The notes beneath the pieces were generated by a model. That model was not told where the DNA came from and ran no database searches. It saw only the letters and a program-made list of their open reading frames with translations. From NCBI GenBank assembly GCA_030141605.1, contig JAQGDQ010000100.1, positions 62,001 to 126,000 of the forward strand: a DNA stretch of 64,000 nucleotides. Reading direction: 5' to 3'. This DNA comes from Tubiluchus corallicola. Its lineage: Eukaryota > Animalia > Priapulida. The translations under genes were made by a program, and so were the position numbers. How positions within the stretch are numbered: position 1 is the stretch's first letter; every line of letters starts with the position of its first letter. Positions 1-13,188 of the stretch are shown here, piece by piece.

Positions 1-149
1 TCAACAAATTACGACGATGGTTCATCTATGACGTTGAACAATTCATCGACGGTGCTACAGTCAGTGACTGTTTTCGTTAAAAGTCATAAAGGTGGTCGCG
101 AGCATCCTGTGACTGCTAGTCTTGAGCCTCTAACCGCGAAAGTATACTT

Positions 150-2153
150 TTGGCTTTAAACAAAATTGTGTTTGCCTGTTCCTCATACTTAGCGTGCTCT
201 GTCATTTCATTTTCAAGCGCATTCTTGGATACTGGTGCAGGAGAATCTTACATTACACGGGAGCTGGCTAGCAAGTTATACTTAGATTCTGTTGGCCAGA
301 AGTTATTTGGTAATGAGTATTTTGGAGGTGGTAGATCCGTTCCAGTCATGCATCAGAGGAAAAGACTGAAATTACGTGTCGGCACAATACTCAATACTTA
401 ATTTGGGAGGTCAGTTCTATTTGTTCACCTCTGCCAAATCATCATATAGACAAAAAAGATTGCCACCATTGCCTTTAGCTGATGAATATGATACTGATAC
501 ACTTGCAATAGACATTTTGTTTGGCAGTGACATTTTTCATAATATTCTTACTGGAGGCCAACATTAGCAAACCACTATAGGTGTGACTCTTGTACCTACC
601 ATATTCGGGTGGACCTTCATGGGACCACTTAAAACTGCTACAGCTAATCCACATTCTCTGGCTGCATTTCGTGTTCTTTGCTCTTCCACCATGGAGGAAA
701 AATTGATTATAAGGTGGAGCAGCTTTGGGCATGATGAGAGCTTGATGGTAATTCTCTACACATTCCTGCCTTTAAAGATGGACGCCATGAAGTAAGCCTT
801 CCAAGGAAATCAGCCGCTGGGCCATCTTGCAATCGGGAAGATGCTGTGGTGAGATTACGGTGCTATGACCACCTTTCTTGTGAAAAGAAACAAATCTACG
901 AAGAAAGTCTTGAGAAGTGGCATCAAGATGGTGTGATCGAGCCAGCTTCTGGTATTGAGTCTGGTTATTTGCTTCCTCAAAGAGTTGTCTGGAAGGATTC
1001 CGGGATTCTTCCTATAGTTTTTGGTGGATCAGCAGTGTTTCCTAATGGACTTTCTATGAACCAGTGCTTAGATACAGGACCAAATCTTATTCAGAATCTC
1101 ACTAGTGTTCTGATCAATTTTAGATTGTACAAGATTGTAATCAGCTGTGACATACATGCTGCATTCTTACAAATATCCATTAAGGAGAGTGATCGAGACT
1201 ACCTCAAATTTTTGTGGTGGAGACGTGGAGAATTTGTCACGGAAAGTTTTGCTAGAGTTCCTATTACAGTCTGTTCTTCAGTATCATGTAAGAAACAATG
1301 AAGAAGAAATACTGATTCACCTGAGCATGTGCAGCAGCTCAGACATGACGTAGTTGAATTATTCTTGGCTGCAGGAATGGGATTCCATTAATGGAAATCT
1401 TCTTGTGAATTCACCAACAGTGCAGACTCTGACGAAAAATGGGATTCTGAACCAGGAAAACTACTTGGCATTAATTGGTCACCAACTGCAGATACTATTT
1501 GTTTTGATATAACATGTATTGTTAATGCACTTGTGTACCCTACGCATGATCTTTTGACTATATGTTCTATGGTATTTGACTCTTTAGGTCTTTTGTCACT
1601 TGTAATTAAACTGCGCATTCTTTTTCAGCTGTCTTGGCGAGCTAACCTTACTTGGGATGACCCATTGCCAGTTGAGATAAGAACTGCTGTGCAAAATACA
1701 CTGCATGATCTAAGTATGAGCTCTGATGTAAAGCGATATGTTCCTTGTGATTTGCCTGAGTTGCATGTATTTGCTGACGCCTCACCTCAGGCTTATGCAG
1801 CTGCTGTATATGTGAAGAATTCAGATAGGCTAGCTCTTCTTGTGGCTAAAGCAAAAGTAGCTCCTATAAAGCCTCTTTTGACATTGCCGTGTGACATTGA
1901 CAGTGGAGACATCGTGTTTTCACAAGTCAGCAGTTTTGGAAAAGATGGCTATCCTCCTACTTACCCACTTAATTCGTAAGTGGCATAATCCATGTGGTAG
2001 TATTCGCCTTTTCCACGTCACAAATGCCCTTTGAGTAAGGTCACCTCTCTAATTCCAGGCAGAGATGGTGTTGCGCATGCAGTATGGGTGTTGATCAAAG
2101 GTTGCAAGACCCGTCGACCAATTAATAAATTGTGCCCTCTAGAAGTTGCCTAG
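150..2153 (+). pseudogene. Pseudogenised BEL/Pao pol (protease-RT-RNase H-truncated integrase)
   Basis: Recognisable motifs are spread over several frames with stops, frameshifts and deletions (ORFs 150-401, 376-567, 583-795, 846-1301, 1533-1979). Confidence 0.88.
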
Positions 2154-2570
2154 ATTTTTCTCATGCGGCGCAACTACAAGTCATTGATTTAGGCTGTGAT
2201 GTAGTTAACGAGTTAATTCATGTCAGATTCTTTTTGCGATAGTATTACTGTAGTATTTTCTTCGTTTTATTTTTTCGATGTATACCTAAACAGTCTTAAT
2301 TCTTAAAATTTCTTGTTCACTGTCGAGTAATCCGAAATGTTATGTTTTCAGCTTTTGTAAAGCTGTCTGTATTGAGTAGCATGATGGTTTGCTATTGTGT
2401 AGTTTTATACGCATGTGTTGTATGGATTACCAAGGTTTGTTCATACTATTTGGAAATTCTGAAAATTGACATATTTACATTAATTTGTTACTGTTTAACA
2501 GTTTAAGAACGATAATTAGTGTAGTTTGTTTTCTAGTTTTTCTGCTGGTTTCCAGCAACCGGGGGAGCTA

Positions 2571-2694
2571 TGTGGAATTTTGCATTGTTTTGTGTTGAGC
2601 GCATGCGCAAGAGAGATTAAAATGGGTTCAGTTCAGTAAAAGCTGTGTTTTAGTTTTTATCCATTCTCTTATCTGTTTATCTGGGATTCAAACA
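2571..2694 (+). repeat. Putative 3' LTR of the BEL/Pao element
   Basis: Purine tract GGGGGAG at 2561-2567 just before TGTGGAAT (2571). Ends ATTCAAACA (2694), an imperfect inverted TGT...ACA terminus. AGTAAA polyA-like signal at 2635-2640. The partner LTR is outside the window. Confidence 0.65.
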
Positions 2695-4477
2695 CGTCTG
2701 CACTTTGCTAAGGCCTTGCCTTGTAGGTCATATAATTCCAAAAAAATAATTCTGTAATGCAGAAATTAACTAATCTGTAGCGTTTTAAATACGGACATTC
2801 ACTATAATTACAACAATGTCGATTATTTATAGCAGCCATACTTTGTCTCAGATTACCGTGAGTACACACGCGTTGATGCCAAAATAAAGCTAAAAACTCG
2901 AGAGCGACCAAAATTACAACTATGACGTCATGAACGCTGAAATAATTCAACATTTCAGCAGCTATAAATGCAAGATTACGGCGGTAAAACAGTCTTTACT
3001 ACTTCAAGACGACGTATTTTTACGTCAATTGATGTATTATTTAGAAAACTGGAGAAAGAAATAATTCAGACACAAGCAGTAACAATTGCCTGTGTATTTA
3101 ATGCCACTTAGTCAGCATAGCCTATATATTTACTACATCACATTCAGTTTCCTTTTTGATAACATTTTAAAAATTACAAAACAGACGTGTTTTTTTTGCT
3201 AGAGAACAAAAGTTATGTTTGAAAATTTCCGGGTTTCTATTCGGATTTTGTAACAGCTTTTGGCTGATCTTAAAATAAATCGATCATAAGGTGAATCGAG
3301 TAGTACCGCTGATATAGTTGATTGGTTTACACGAAAACCTACCCTGCATAACAACCTGCGCCGAGTGCTGCCAACAGGTCCATAATGCCAACACAAGAAT
3401 ACGTGAATTTTAGTAGACCTATGTAAACTCCACAATCATTTACGTTATTCAACAAATACCAGATAGAATGCTTATGATGAACATCAGATAAAATGATTAT
3501 GATCGTATTTCATTAATTCAAAATTGTGTATATAAATTGTAACTCAAAAAACTGTATTAATAATTTTGAATAAATTTTGATTTGTCATTATGCCCACTGT
3601 CAAGGCTTCTTATGCAATCTGGCAAAGTGTGAACCACAGGACCGTGCACGCACTTAGCATTTAGGGGAAGTTGATAAACCAATGTTTTTGCTACTTGCTG
3701 AACGATTGTTTTCTGGTTCTTCTTGGGTTTAATCAACTACTTCAATCGACGTCGTCAGGCATTGCAATTAAACAGGTATCATTGAAATACTGGCTTCTAA
3801 GTAAATACATCTTATATGTTTACGTATCGAGTTTCAAATTACTTCCTTTAAGCGCCAACTACTTGCTCGATGCTCTGGTAGATGGGACTACAAAACACAG
3901 CATACGATTTCATGATTTTCGTCATTAAGCCGCAAAGTTATCTGGTTGATAGACCAATAATTAATTTTGCCAATGTTTTGAAGTATGTTTTAATATTCTA
4001 TTAAAACTATGTAAAAGCCGCCAAAAATATTGTAAAACTTGCAGTGACTGTTTTCAATACTGTCTGAATATAAAAACATGTTTAAAAACAACAAGAACAA
4101 AAACCGTATAAAACATTTTTGTACAATCATTTTTTTGGAATTTGTGCCGTTTTCGTTATGCATATATATTTCAATTTGCTTTCTAAAGAACTCACACTTT
4201 ATCATAATTAGTCGGCCTATAAATCATGCCCACCAGGCAAAAATAAATTACAGTACATATACTTTCTAATTAGCCCAATGGAAATAAAAGAGTCATTTAA
4301 ACAACAATATACACAAGATCGTCATCGCAACATGAAAACATTTAAACATCGCAACATGAAAACATAACCTCTTGAATGTTAATGTGTCAAAGGTTTACCT
4401 AAAGAGTCTAAATAACAACCTTGTTTTGAAAATAAGAAGGATTTTACAAAACAAAGACAATTCAAGCAGTCTTCAAA

Positions 4478-6020
4478 CTAGGCCTGTTCCAGGCCACGGA
4501 TCACCACCTTCTTACGAGGAACATGAGGTATTTTAGTCGCAGAGTCTTTACGTCGGGTTCCCATGGAGAAAGAGGCAAGTCCCATGTCCGCAACTGCAAT
4601 CTGCCCACTAGCGCTCATGGAGATTCGCGTAGGACGTCCCTCCACGGGGGCGATGCTTCCCTCATTGGCTACCCCTATGTCCGCTTCAGCCTCCACAGGT
4701 AACACGATTCTGAAGGGCACTGCAAGTAAATTGGGACAATAAATGCAATCTATGTAGTCTAATCCAATGAATGTTTATTGTAAAATTGTGAATCAAAGAG
4801 AGGCATGTGATTGTTGGAAATAATGTATACCCAGAGAGATTGTGCATATTTTAATGTACACTATGTTAATGACTATTATTTTTTCTTTATTTCTTGTTTT
4901 CAGTGGTAGTCATCTCAAATATACTTAATTTTGCATAGTAAATTTCTCAATATTGTGAAAATAATAAACCTTGTTATATTTAAAGCAAGTGTTAAAAAAG
5001 TAAGTAAGTAAGTAAACAAGTAAGGTAAACTTTTTATTGCAAGAATATGACAACAGTTAAGTGTACAATACAATAGAATACAATAAAATAACAGTTAGCT
5101 TACAATACAATACAATACAAGAAACAGAATAATATTACAAGAACAAAAATTACAATAACATAATTACTAGTTACATGAAATTTGCAAATAATAGGTTTAA
5201 CCATTTTGAAATGGGTGCAAAACAGTAAATGGCGGGATGGATATTGCGGATGGAAAAAATAGTTATTTCTTAGAATATTACATTTGAATTTTCACTTACG
5301 TTTAGGTCTTCCAATATCGAACACACCAAAAATATATTCACCAGGTCCATATATTTCCTTTCCCAATACCATATTAGCAAAATTCTGCATGAAAAGTTCC
5401 TGATTCAGTGGGTAAGCACCATTCTGCAAAGAATATCAAATTTACAAAAACGCATGCCTTTAGAAAAACAAAAAAACAAGTATATTCAAAACCACGTGCT
5501 ACCCAATTAGCCAATTTACAAGAAATGCATTGCCAATTTTGGTACTAAATTCACAATTCTAGATACTCAAAGAGTTTGATTTTCATTTGAATTTCATGCA
5601 CTCTCGCTTATCTTTATGTCTGTCAGTGTAGCTGCTCAACTGCTATTTAACTCATTTACCGCTGTCATTGACTTGAAGCCTTTTACAGTTTGTTCCGCAA
5701 CATGTTCTTCGTCTATTTCAATAAAATTTTTGTAATATTCTCGAAGTTCCTCTTTTGTCACCTTTCCATCTCCTGCAAATCAATATTACAAAATACAGAA
5801 GCATAAAGCAATTTAATATGTGTATAAAAACAAAGTGAAAACATGATGTTCATCTTATTGGAAAACATTTATTGCAAGCAGTTAATTAATCGACATGAAG
5901 CAACATGATTAAAAATACCAACTGTTGTAATTGTTAACAGTGCGGTTACTGTCACCAACATCATTGTGGTAATTCATGAACAGCTTTATTGTTCATTGTC
6001 ATTTTCGCTATCACCACTGC

Positions 6021-6089
<69 letters not shown>

Positions 6090-8630
6090 TGTCATCATTT
6101 TTCTTCTTTTTCACTATTATCATCGTCAGCATCATCATCATCATTATCATCAATATCAATGTCACTCCCATTATTGTTATCTTCATCACAATCGTCTTTC
6201 TCATTGTTGCTACTGTTGACACAGTCATAATCTTGATTAAATTCGGTAGCGTAAACATCATCCACCTTTTATTATTAACCTACCATTGTCCATATCAACA
6301 GCAACAAGGCAATGCAAAAACAACATCAACAACCGCAACAGCATACCATCTAAACAAATAGATACTACGTGGTCTTCTGTTTGCCATCAACGTTAAATAT
6401 CGTGCACTAACTACATCGTCTTATCATTATTGCTGTTACTATTACCAATACGGTGATTTGATTCGTTGTCGTCGTCGTCGTCCTCATTATTGTCATTCTC
6501 ATTGTTGTCATCATTGTCGTAATCATCATAATCGTCATCGTCACCGTCATCACCTTGATCATCGACTTTTGTCATGATTATTTTCAACACTACTGTCGCT
6601 AGTACTTTTGATCACAATTTCAATTTCATTAACCATTTTTGTATAGCTGTTGACTGTGTTTCAGGTTTGCTAGATACTACAAACTTACGATTCTTGTCCA
6701 TCATTTCAAAGTAAACTTTAACGTGCAATTGAACCCAATACGGAAAGTTTCTTATTGACATCGTTCCTCGCATCATTACTGCCCAAGTATCTAACCAGTC
6801 ATTAAGTGATACCATAGTAGGACATATGCTATCAGGATCTGAATCTGTAATACATGAATAATACTGAGAGAAAATGCGCAAAAACACTAGGAAAATTAGG
6901 CATCTTACTTACTACTTACAACAAAATGGCAGTTCCATTTAAGTTAACTGTGTGAATGGAATTATTCTCTAAAGAAAACCCTGTTTCATTAATATACATA
7001 GAAGCCAACAAATCATAATACGAAAGCATTATTCAATCAAAATAGTAGTACAGTTTGTGTCTCCTAACCAAGTGGGAGCTTATTTCAAACCAGGTGGCAG
7101 CTGGTGACTTAAAAATGGAAATAAAATAGATAAACTGTTAGGTGTTTGGGTCTATGTAGCATTTTAGCGAAGTCACGACAATAATGAGTTATCATTGACA
7201 AATATTGAAGACGTGCGAGAACAGCGCAGAGCCAATACCCCAAAGTTCGCTTCTCGGTGCAGCCATTTCTTTCATTATAAATGAATTTTTTCATATTTTA
7301 AAGGTGAAAAATTAAGGAAGGATGCGCTGGCGGCATCGCATATTAGACGCTGACCGACTGTAGGAGCTGGCATAATTTCGATCTCCTCTTAGTTCCAATG
7401 TTTCAAAAAATGTGGCCAAATCAACAATTGAATCACCTCACTATCCTGCCCAACCACCAACAGTCACTGTGTCAATTTTCAATGCAATTTTTCAAACTCT
7501 ACCCTAAAAACGTATATAACAACCGAGCCTTATGCCTATCGTTAGTCGCACTGAACTGCAACATCCAAGTGCCTACCCCCCCCCCCTACTGCATGATCAA
7601 ATGCTAGAAGAGACACGAAAGATTATAGATATGTATGGTCCGAGATAGAGTCCGAAAGGCGAACTTGCGTAATGTGACCAGAAAAGAATTATTCAGTCAG
7701 TAACTTTTAAAGTGTGAAGAATACCGGCACTTCCACAACTCTATGCGACAAACAGTCGTATGCAGTACTGAGATTCACATCCATATGTACACAAGTTGTC
7801 AACAAAAACGCACAAACATTTTACGTATCAAAACTTAGTGCAATGTAAACCCAAATCATCCAGTGTCCACGTCAAACAAGCGATTACACACAGACCTGCA
7901 TGTACTATGAAGATACAAGCAAGTGTACAAACACAAATGCAAATGCTATAAGTTCAAAGCCCAAGACCCGTCAGTAATATAGTGCCCTAATGTGCACTAG
8001 GTCTGTTGTCTCTTAACACGCTTTAACAATCTTTCAAGATGTTAATTTAAAATTGTTCTTCAGTGTCAGCTACTTGTCGTTTTTTGGTAGTGCTTCCACC
8101 TAGCGTAATGGTGTTTCCTTTAAAAGTTACCCGAACCGCATATTATTAAATGGTTATCAAGTACAAAAGCTAAAAAACCTTTTGCTGCGAGACACTCAAT
8201 ATCAATGAATAACCTTACAAAAAAGCTTAAAACATAGGAATATTGCTAAAACAATGTAAGCTCGTGTACTCTCAATAATTAGTCCATAACATATGATAAA
8301 AAATGGTTCAACAGATTGACAGCAAATTAAAATTCTCAAGCATATTTTACAGGCAGGTGTTTCACATGTTTCTTGGTAATTATCAATTACGCTTTTGAAC
8401 AAACGACAAGAGAAACTGGTACAGTTGAGCTTCCTTCAATTATAGCTCTTTGGAGTCAAGGCCAACTTCAAGCTTTGAGTCTGTGATATCCTTAAAATTT
8501 CTTATGCAACATTTTAATGTCATTGTATTTGCGTGTTGTTTGTTTATTTGTTGTGGCCCCTAACAAAAGGCTACCTAATATACACCTCATATATCCAAAA
8601 TATACTCATGGGATATATATATATATATAT

Positions 8631-8675
<45 letters not shown>

Positions 8676-10518
8676 CAAAAAGTAGAAGGGCCTCCAAAGT
8701 ATTTAAGAACTTCTACCAGACTACCAGAGGTAATTATATCTTCTCAAATAGGGGAGAAAGTAGACAAGTTTATCGAAACAAACGCGTGAAGAAATAAAAC
8801 AGTACCAGATCACCGAACAATAACGGGTATAAACGCTAAAGAATAAAGATGTCGTGCAAACAAACGTCTTTACACACTACTAAAAACGCTATGCTTCAGC
8901 AGAAAAAGGAAAAAGAGAGTTACCAAATAACAGCTTACAGCATAAAATCTTTAATGTTTTGGTAATTCAACGAAATGGGATTCTCTAAAATCGCAACTAG
9001 AATCTTTTATAAAACGAATTTTTAATGGAATCTTAGTCTTTCTTGAGACGTAGACAATGCTTAAAAAATAAGCTGTTTGCAAATTTTGCATAGCAAGACT
9101 TTTATACAAACAACGTTTAACAACCTATTTACGAACTGTTTACCTCGCTTATGTAGCCGCTCACACAAACTTTCATGAAAATTTCTGTTAACATCGTAGA
9201 CAATCTCAGCTAAATCATTGTCGTCCGAAATATCAGCGTGTCGTAGCATTTTCTACGAATAGAATTGTAAGACGAGATGAGTCTTTAATCTAATACAATC
9301 CAGGTTTACAACACTTTTAGCTATTAAATACGTTTAACTATTAAAAAGGCAAGTGTAATATTGAATTAAAGCTGCCTTTTGAAATCACCATAGAACAAAA
9401 ATCGTTACAAAGAAATTAAGTTTCTACTTCTTTAATTCCCAAAAATGTTAGACCCACTTACTTTACTGAAAGCGTTCATGTCTTCTAAACATAACTTGTC
9501 ATCTTTATTAATATCTGAAAAAGCACAAATAATAAATTTCATAGTAGTACTGGGCTTACTGCAGATTTTTTGGCTGATTTATTGCCCTTAAAAGCACGGC
9601 CCACATGGTAGACAAGTTGTGGTTAGACCAGAATCCATCTTATTACCAAGAATAATGTTACAGAGATGTGTTAGCCACACCCTCCCCAATTATTATGCAC
9701 ACACAATTTACATTCCATAGTTGTTACTAATAATATTTTCCACTTATTATGCAAAATTTTCAATAATCATTACCCCTTCTTAAGCCTTCCACCTCCTTAT
9801 TGCGCTGTTTGTGTAATTTGCACTTTCCTTCAGTCCTTATACGTAAAATTGGCACTCACCAGTCCATGTTATACTTATACTATATCCCATTGTTGGTGAG
9901 ACGTGTTTATTATGGTGAACAAAGAATTGTGAGTGCGAAAATAACCCTAATCTTGAGATGTTGCTTTGTTTTGACCATTGCAAAAAAGAGGTCATCACGG
10001 AAATTTGAGACTGACGACTACATATATATATATATATATTACGACGACGACGACAGCAACAACCACGTTATAACAACCAGTAATCGGTAGCAGCACTCAG
10101 GTGCACCAACACCGAAATTACAAATAACAACACATTAAGATGATCTGAGAAAATTACGAATAACAATGGTTTAAAACAAGTTTCATCATTCGTGTAATTA
10201 CTTATTCGTTTGTTTTTTCTTCGTTTATTGACGTGTTCGCTCTTTTGTTCGTTTACTTATTTGTTCTCTCATTCACAATAACGCACATGAGTTAGTTGCT
10301 CGCTGGAATCTAGTTCACCCCCAACGGCCTAATAAACAAGTGACAACATAAAATTTAAAAAGCAAATAAATAAAATTAAAACATTACCGCTTACCAAGTA
10401 ATTGGAAGTAAAATGAAAGTTTTCTACGCTGAAAGTCAGATAGCTCAAAGAGTGGTCTCAAGCAATCCTCGGACGGATCATGATAAGGCTGGAGCTTCCT
10501 GTTGATTCCCATACTCAT
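4478..10518 (-). CDS. EF-hand calcium-binding protein, sarcoplasmic calcium-binding protein (SCP)/calexcitin-like, ~306 aa, 7 coding exons
   Basis: Minus-strand exons 10518-10395, 9514-9462, 9252-9144, 6844-6689, 5772-5660, 5423-5300, 4719-4478, all GT-AG and in phase. Translation: MSMGINRK..LSDFQRRKLSFYFQLL-DINKDDKLCLED (EF loop)..VSLNDWLDTW..FPYWVQLHVKVYFEMM-DKNRDGKVTKEE (EF loop)..KGFKSMTANGAYPL..YGPGEYIFG..GLEQA*. The first exon has its own acceptor at 10531-10532, so an upstream exon exists and the start codon is uncertain. Confidence 0.88.
6021..6089. repeat. (CAT)n microsatellite followed by a degenerate trinucleotide tract (to ~6560)
   Basis: Directly visible; intronic; explains the poly-S/H/I/D ORFs. 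Confidence 0.95.
8614..8675. repeat. (AT)n(CA)n compound microsatellite
   Basis: Directly visible. Confidence 0.9.
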
Positions 10519-12348
10519 TAAAGTAGCTAACTGTAACACGAAAAATACAAATAATGTCAAAAAGAAAGAACGACATCTTAGTTGTTAAGAACGTAAATTT
10601 GTGATATATTTCAATGGAAAAGCTTGACGCTGACGCCACTATATTTCTTGACGCTGCTCTATAATCATCTTTTATTCAAAATTTTACGTAGAGCTGTCCT
10701 CTAATGATGCCTAAAGTGCAAAGGCTTCCTTATTTCGCTGAACATATTATCTGAGCTAAAACTCCAAACTAATATTTTCCATATAAACAATGAAAATTCT
10801 CAAAAGTATCCGCATGGGGTTCGTTCATATTGAAACACATTTTCTCTGGCCCTGAATGTATGTAGTATAGCAAAAAAGACAATAATATATATAAAACCTT
10901 ATATAATTTTAGGACGATCTAAAAGCGCCTTGAATTATGTAAAAGTTTTAGACCAGTATTCTCTAAATTATTTCCATTCCAGTATCAGTTGTCTTGATAA
11001 ATCGCGCTTCCAATTCTGCACGATTGGATCGTTTCTAATATCGGCGGCCAAAACCTATGCAATATTACATAATATAACTTACTGAATTCTCGTTTAACAA
11101 CCCCTTAGACTTAGAGACTCTTTTTTTGCCAGTTCCTAAGGAAGTACTGTCACGATTTAAGAATGCACGTGTTAAAATTTACAACTGAATATACGGAAGT
11201 GGAGAGCTGGATAGAAAGCGAACTAGGACATGCTGCACTTGAAAATTCATTTTCGGTGCTACTGACATTTAAAGCCACCACAAAGCCTGAATCTGTGTAT
11301 TCTCTTAATTCACAAGCTTCTTTTTATGTTCTAAAAATGTAATGTTGTAATATTAAATTTTGTAATATTAAATTGAAACCATGCCAAATGAGAAAGTACG
11401 CATGCAGTTGAAGCTCTTTCAGATTATGCGGAGCCTTTAATTGTGTAAATCTAGCACTGGGATGCACGTACGATATACGACCTATGTAGAGACCCTGCTA
11501 AGGTTTTGAAAACCTGACAGAACCAGGCTACCATCGTTAGGCCATAATCAGGATCGATTTCAGCAGTTCACTCGGCACGTTCAGGGCCGAAAAACCAACG
11601 CACACCGTGAAATCGCTAGGGCAGTGGCGATGAACAAGCCAATATGGTTGTATGACCGTAAATAAGTTAAAAAGTTAAAACTGGCTTCCTATTGAGGGTA
11701 AAACATTTCGGTAAATTTAAAAATTCATGGTAGTTACGTGAGTTACTACAGTTGTGTCAGACACGTCCGTCGTCAATTTGACATCAAACAAGCATATATA
11801 AAGATGTGTTTATGGTCCGACTGTAAAGGCATGTTCTCACCCATTCTCACGTATTCGATCCTGACAAGTAGCCGGTTGCAATGGAACAGCCTACGAGTCG
11901 CCAACATGTTCTAAATGCTTCAGAACGAAATTAACAGAAATGTTCTACACACTTTTTAATATGGAATAGCAAAAATAGATAGCCTAACACAGTAACTGTA
12001 ATTTGCACTTTGATTCTGTTAGTCAAACACCTATTCCCCGGTGAAGAGAAAGAAAACAAACAAGACCGACCCTTTTGAATTAGCTGGCTCGATGCATATA
12101 AATTTACGCTTTGGCTATCACTTAGGCTTAGATACCATTTTTTCGCCTCAACGTTCAAAAAGCGAACTTAAAAATAGTAGAAAAACATTATTTAGCATTA
12201 TGCAAAATCAACACCACTGTTTTAAAAAACAAGCGTAGGTCTACTCTTTAATTCAATTAAAACAAAAAAACCCAGAATTGTTTTATGGGTGTATTGTGAG
12301 AAATGAAATTTAAGTAAGTTTAATAATGGTAATTTCATTCTATTGTTC

Positions 12349-12383
<35 letters not shown>

Positions 12384-13188
12384 CAAAAAGCTATATTTTC
12401 ATTAAATATATTATATGCAAAGGTATATTGTCCGAGGGCGTGAAAGTACATACACTACTAATCATAAAAAAATTCACATAAGTTAATTATATAAACTTGT
12501 GAAATTTAATGTTGGTACGAAATTAAATTAAAAATTCCCGTTGGCACGTCCAACGGAGGTAGGCATACGATTTCAATTCTTTTTTTAAAACGCTACATGA
12601 AGAAATATGAAACGTAATATAAAATGCAGTAATAACTGTCCTTTCAGTCTTTATTTTACTTCATAAATGAGCTCTAACTTATAATATTGTCTCGTAACTG
12701 TTGTCAAACATGCCTAGTTTGCATTAGCAAAGATTACAATGTACAATTATTGCGTTTTAGCTACGTTTTTAAAGCTCATTACAAATTATATATGCAGACT
12801 AAGAAACCACAATAAACGTACAAACCTGTGTAACAAATCCCTAACCGAAAAAATACAGTTTCTTCTACTTTAGTAGAAATACTTCAGAACCCAGCAAGCA
12901 CCAGCAACTTGAGTAATTCTCTACAGCTAAGAAAGATGGCGTACTGTATACACACACACCAGGTTTCACTTTCACATTTTCCAGTAAGCACTGCTCTAGA
13001 AAAACCTCTAATGCTGGTCAACAACGTGCTCCCAGGCTTATGCAAACTCAGTGCAGTTCATGGAACGGTTGCTCCATTTATAAAACACATCAATGTTATT
13101 TAAAGCTGATGGAGCAAAATGGAGATTTTTTCGTTTAACGGATTAAACTATGCATCGGGTTAAGTTATAAAAAGCATCAAAAACTTAA

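Larger units (their letters stand above)
1..2694 (+). mobile_element. Degenerate BEL/Pao LTR retrotransposon (3' part: pol remnants, 3' UTR, PPT, 3' LTR); runs off the left edge
   Basis: Frameshifted pol motifs in BEL/Pao order: protease AFLDTGAGESYIT (~220-260), IDILFGSD, PTIFGWTFMG; RT GYLLPQRVV..IVF..SMNQCLDTGPNL..DIHAAFLQI..DRDYLKFLW..FARVP (960-1262); RNase H ELHVFADASPQAYAAAVY..LLVAKAKVAP.K..TLP (1758-1889); C-terminal IPGRDG..RRPINKLCPLEVA* (~2052-2153). Most of the integrase is deleted. Confidence 0.92.

Noticed and set aside
5966-6361. Poly-Ser/His/Ile/Asp ORFs
   Set aside because: Translations of an intronic (CAT)n microsatellite. The same applies to ORFs at 23550, 31404, 35745, 45087, 53437-53830 and 55970-56333.
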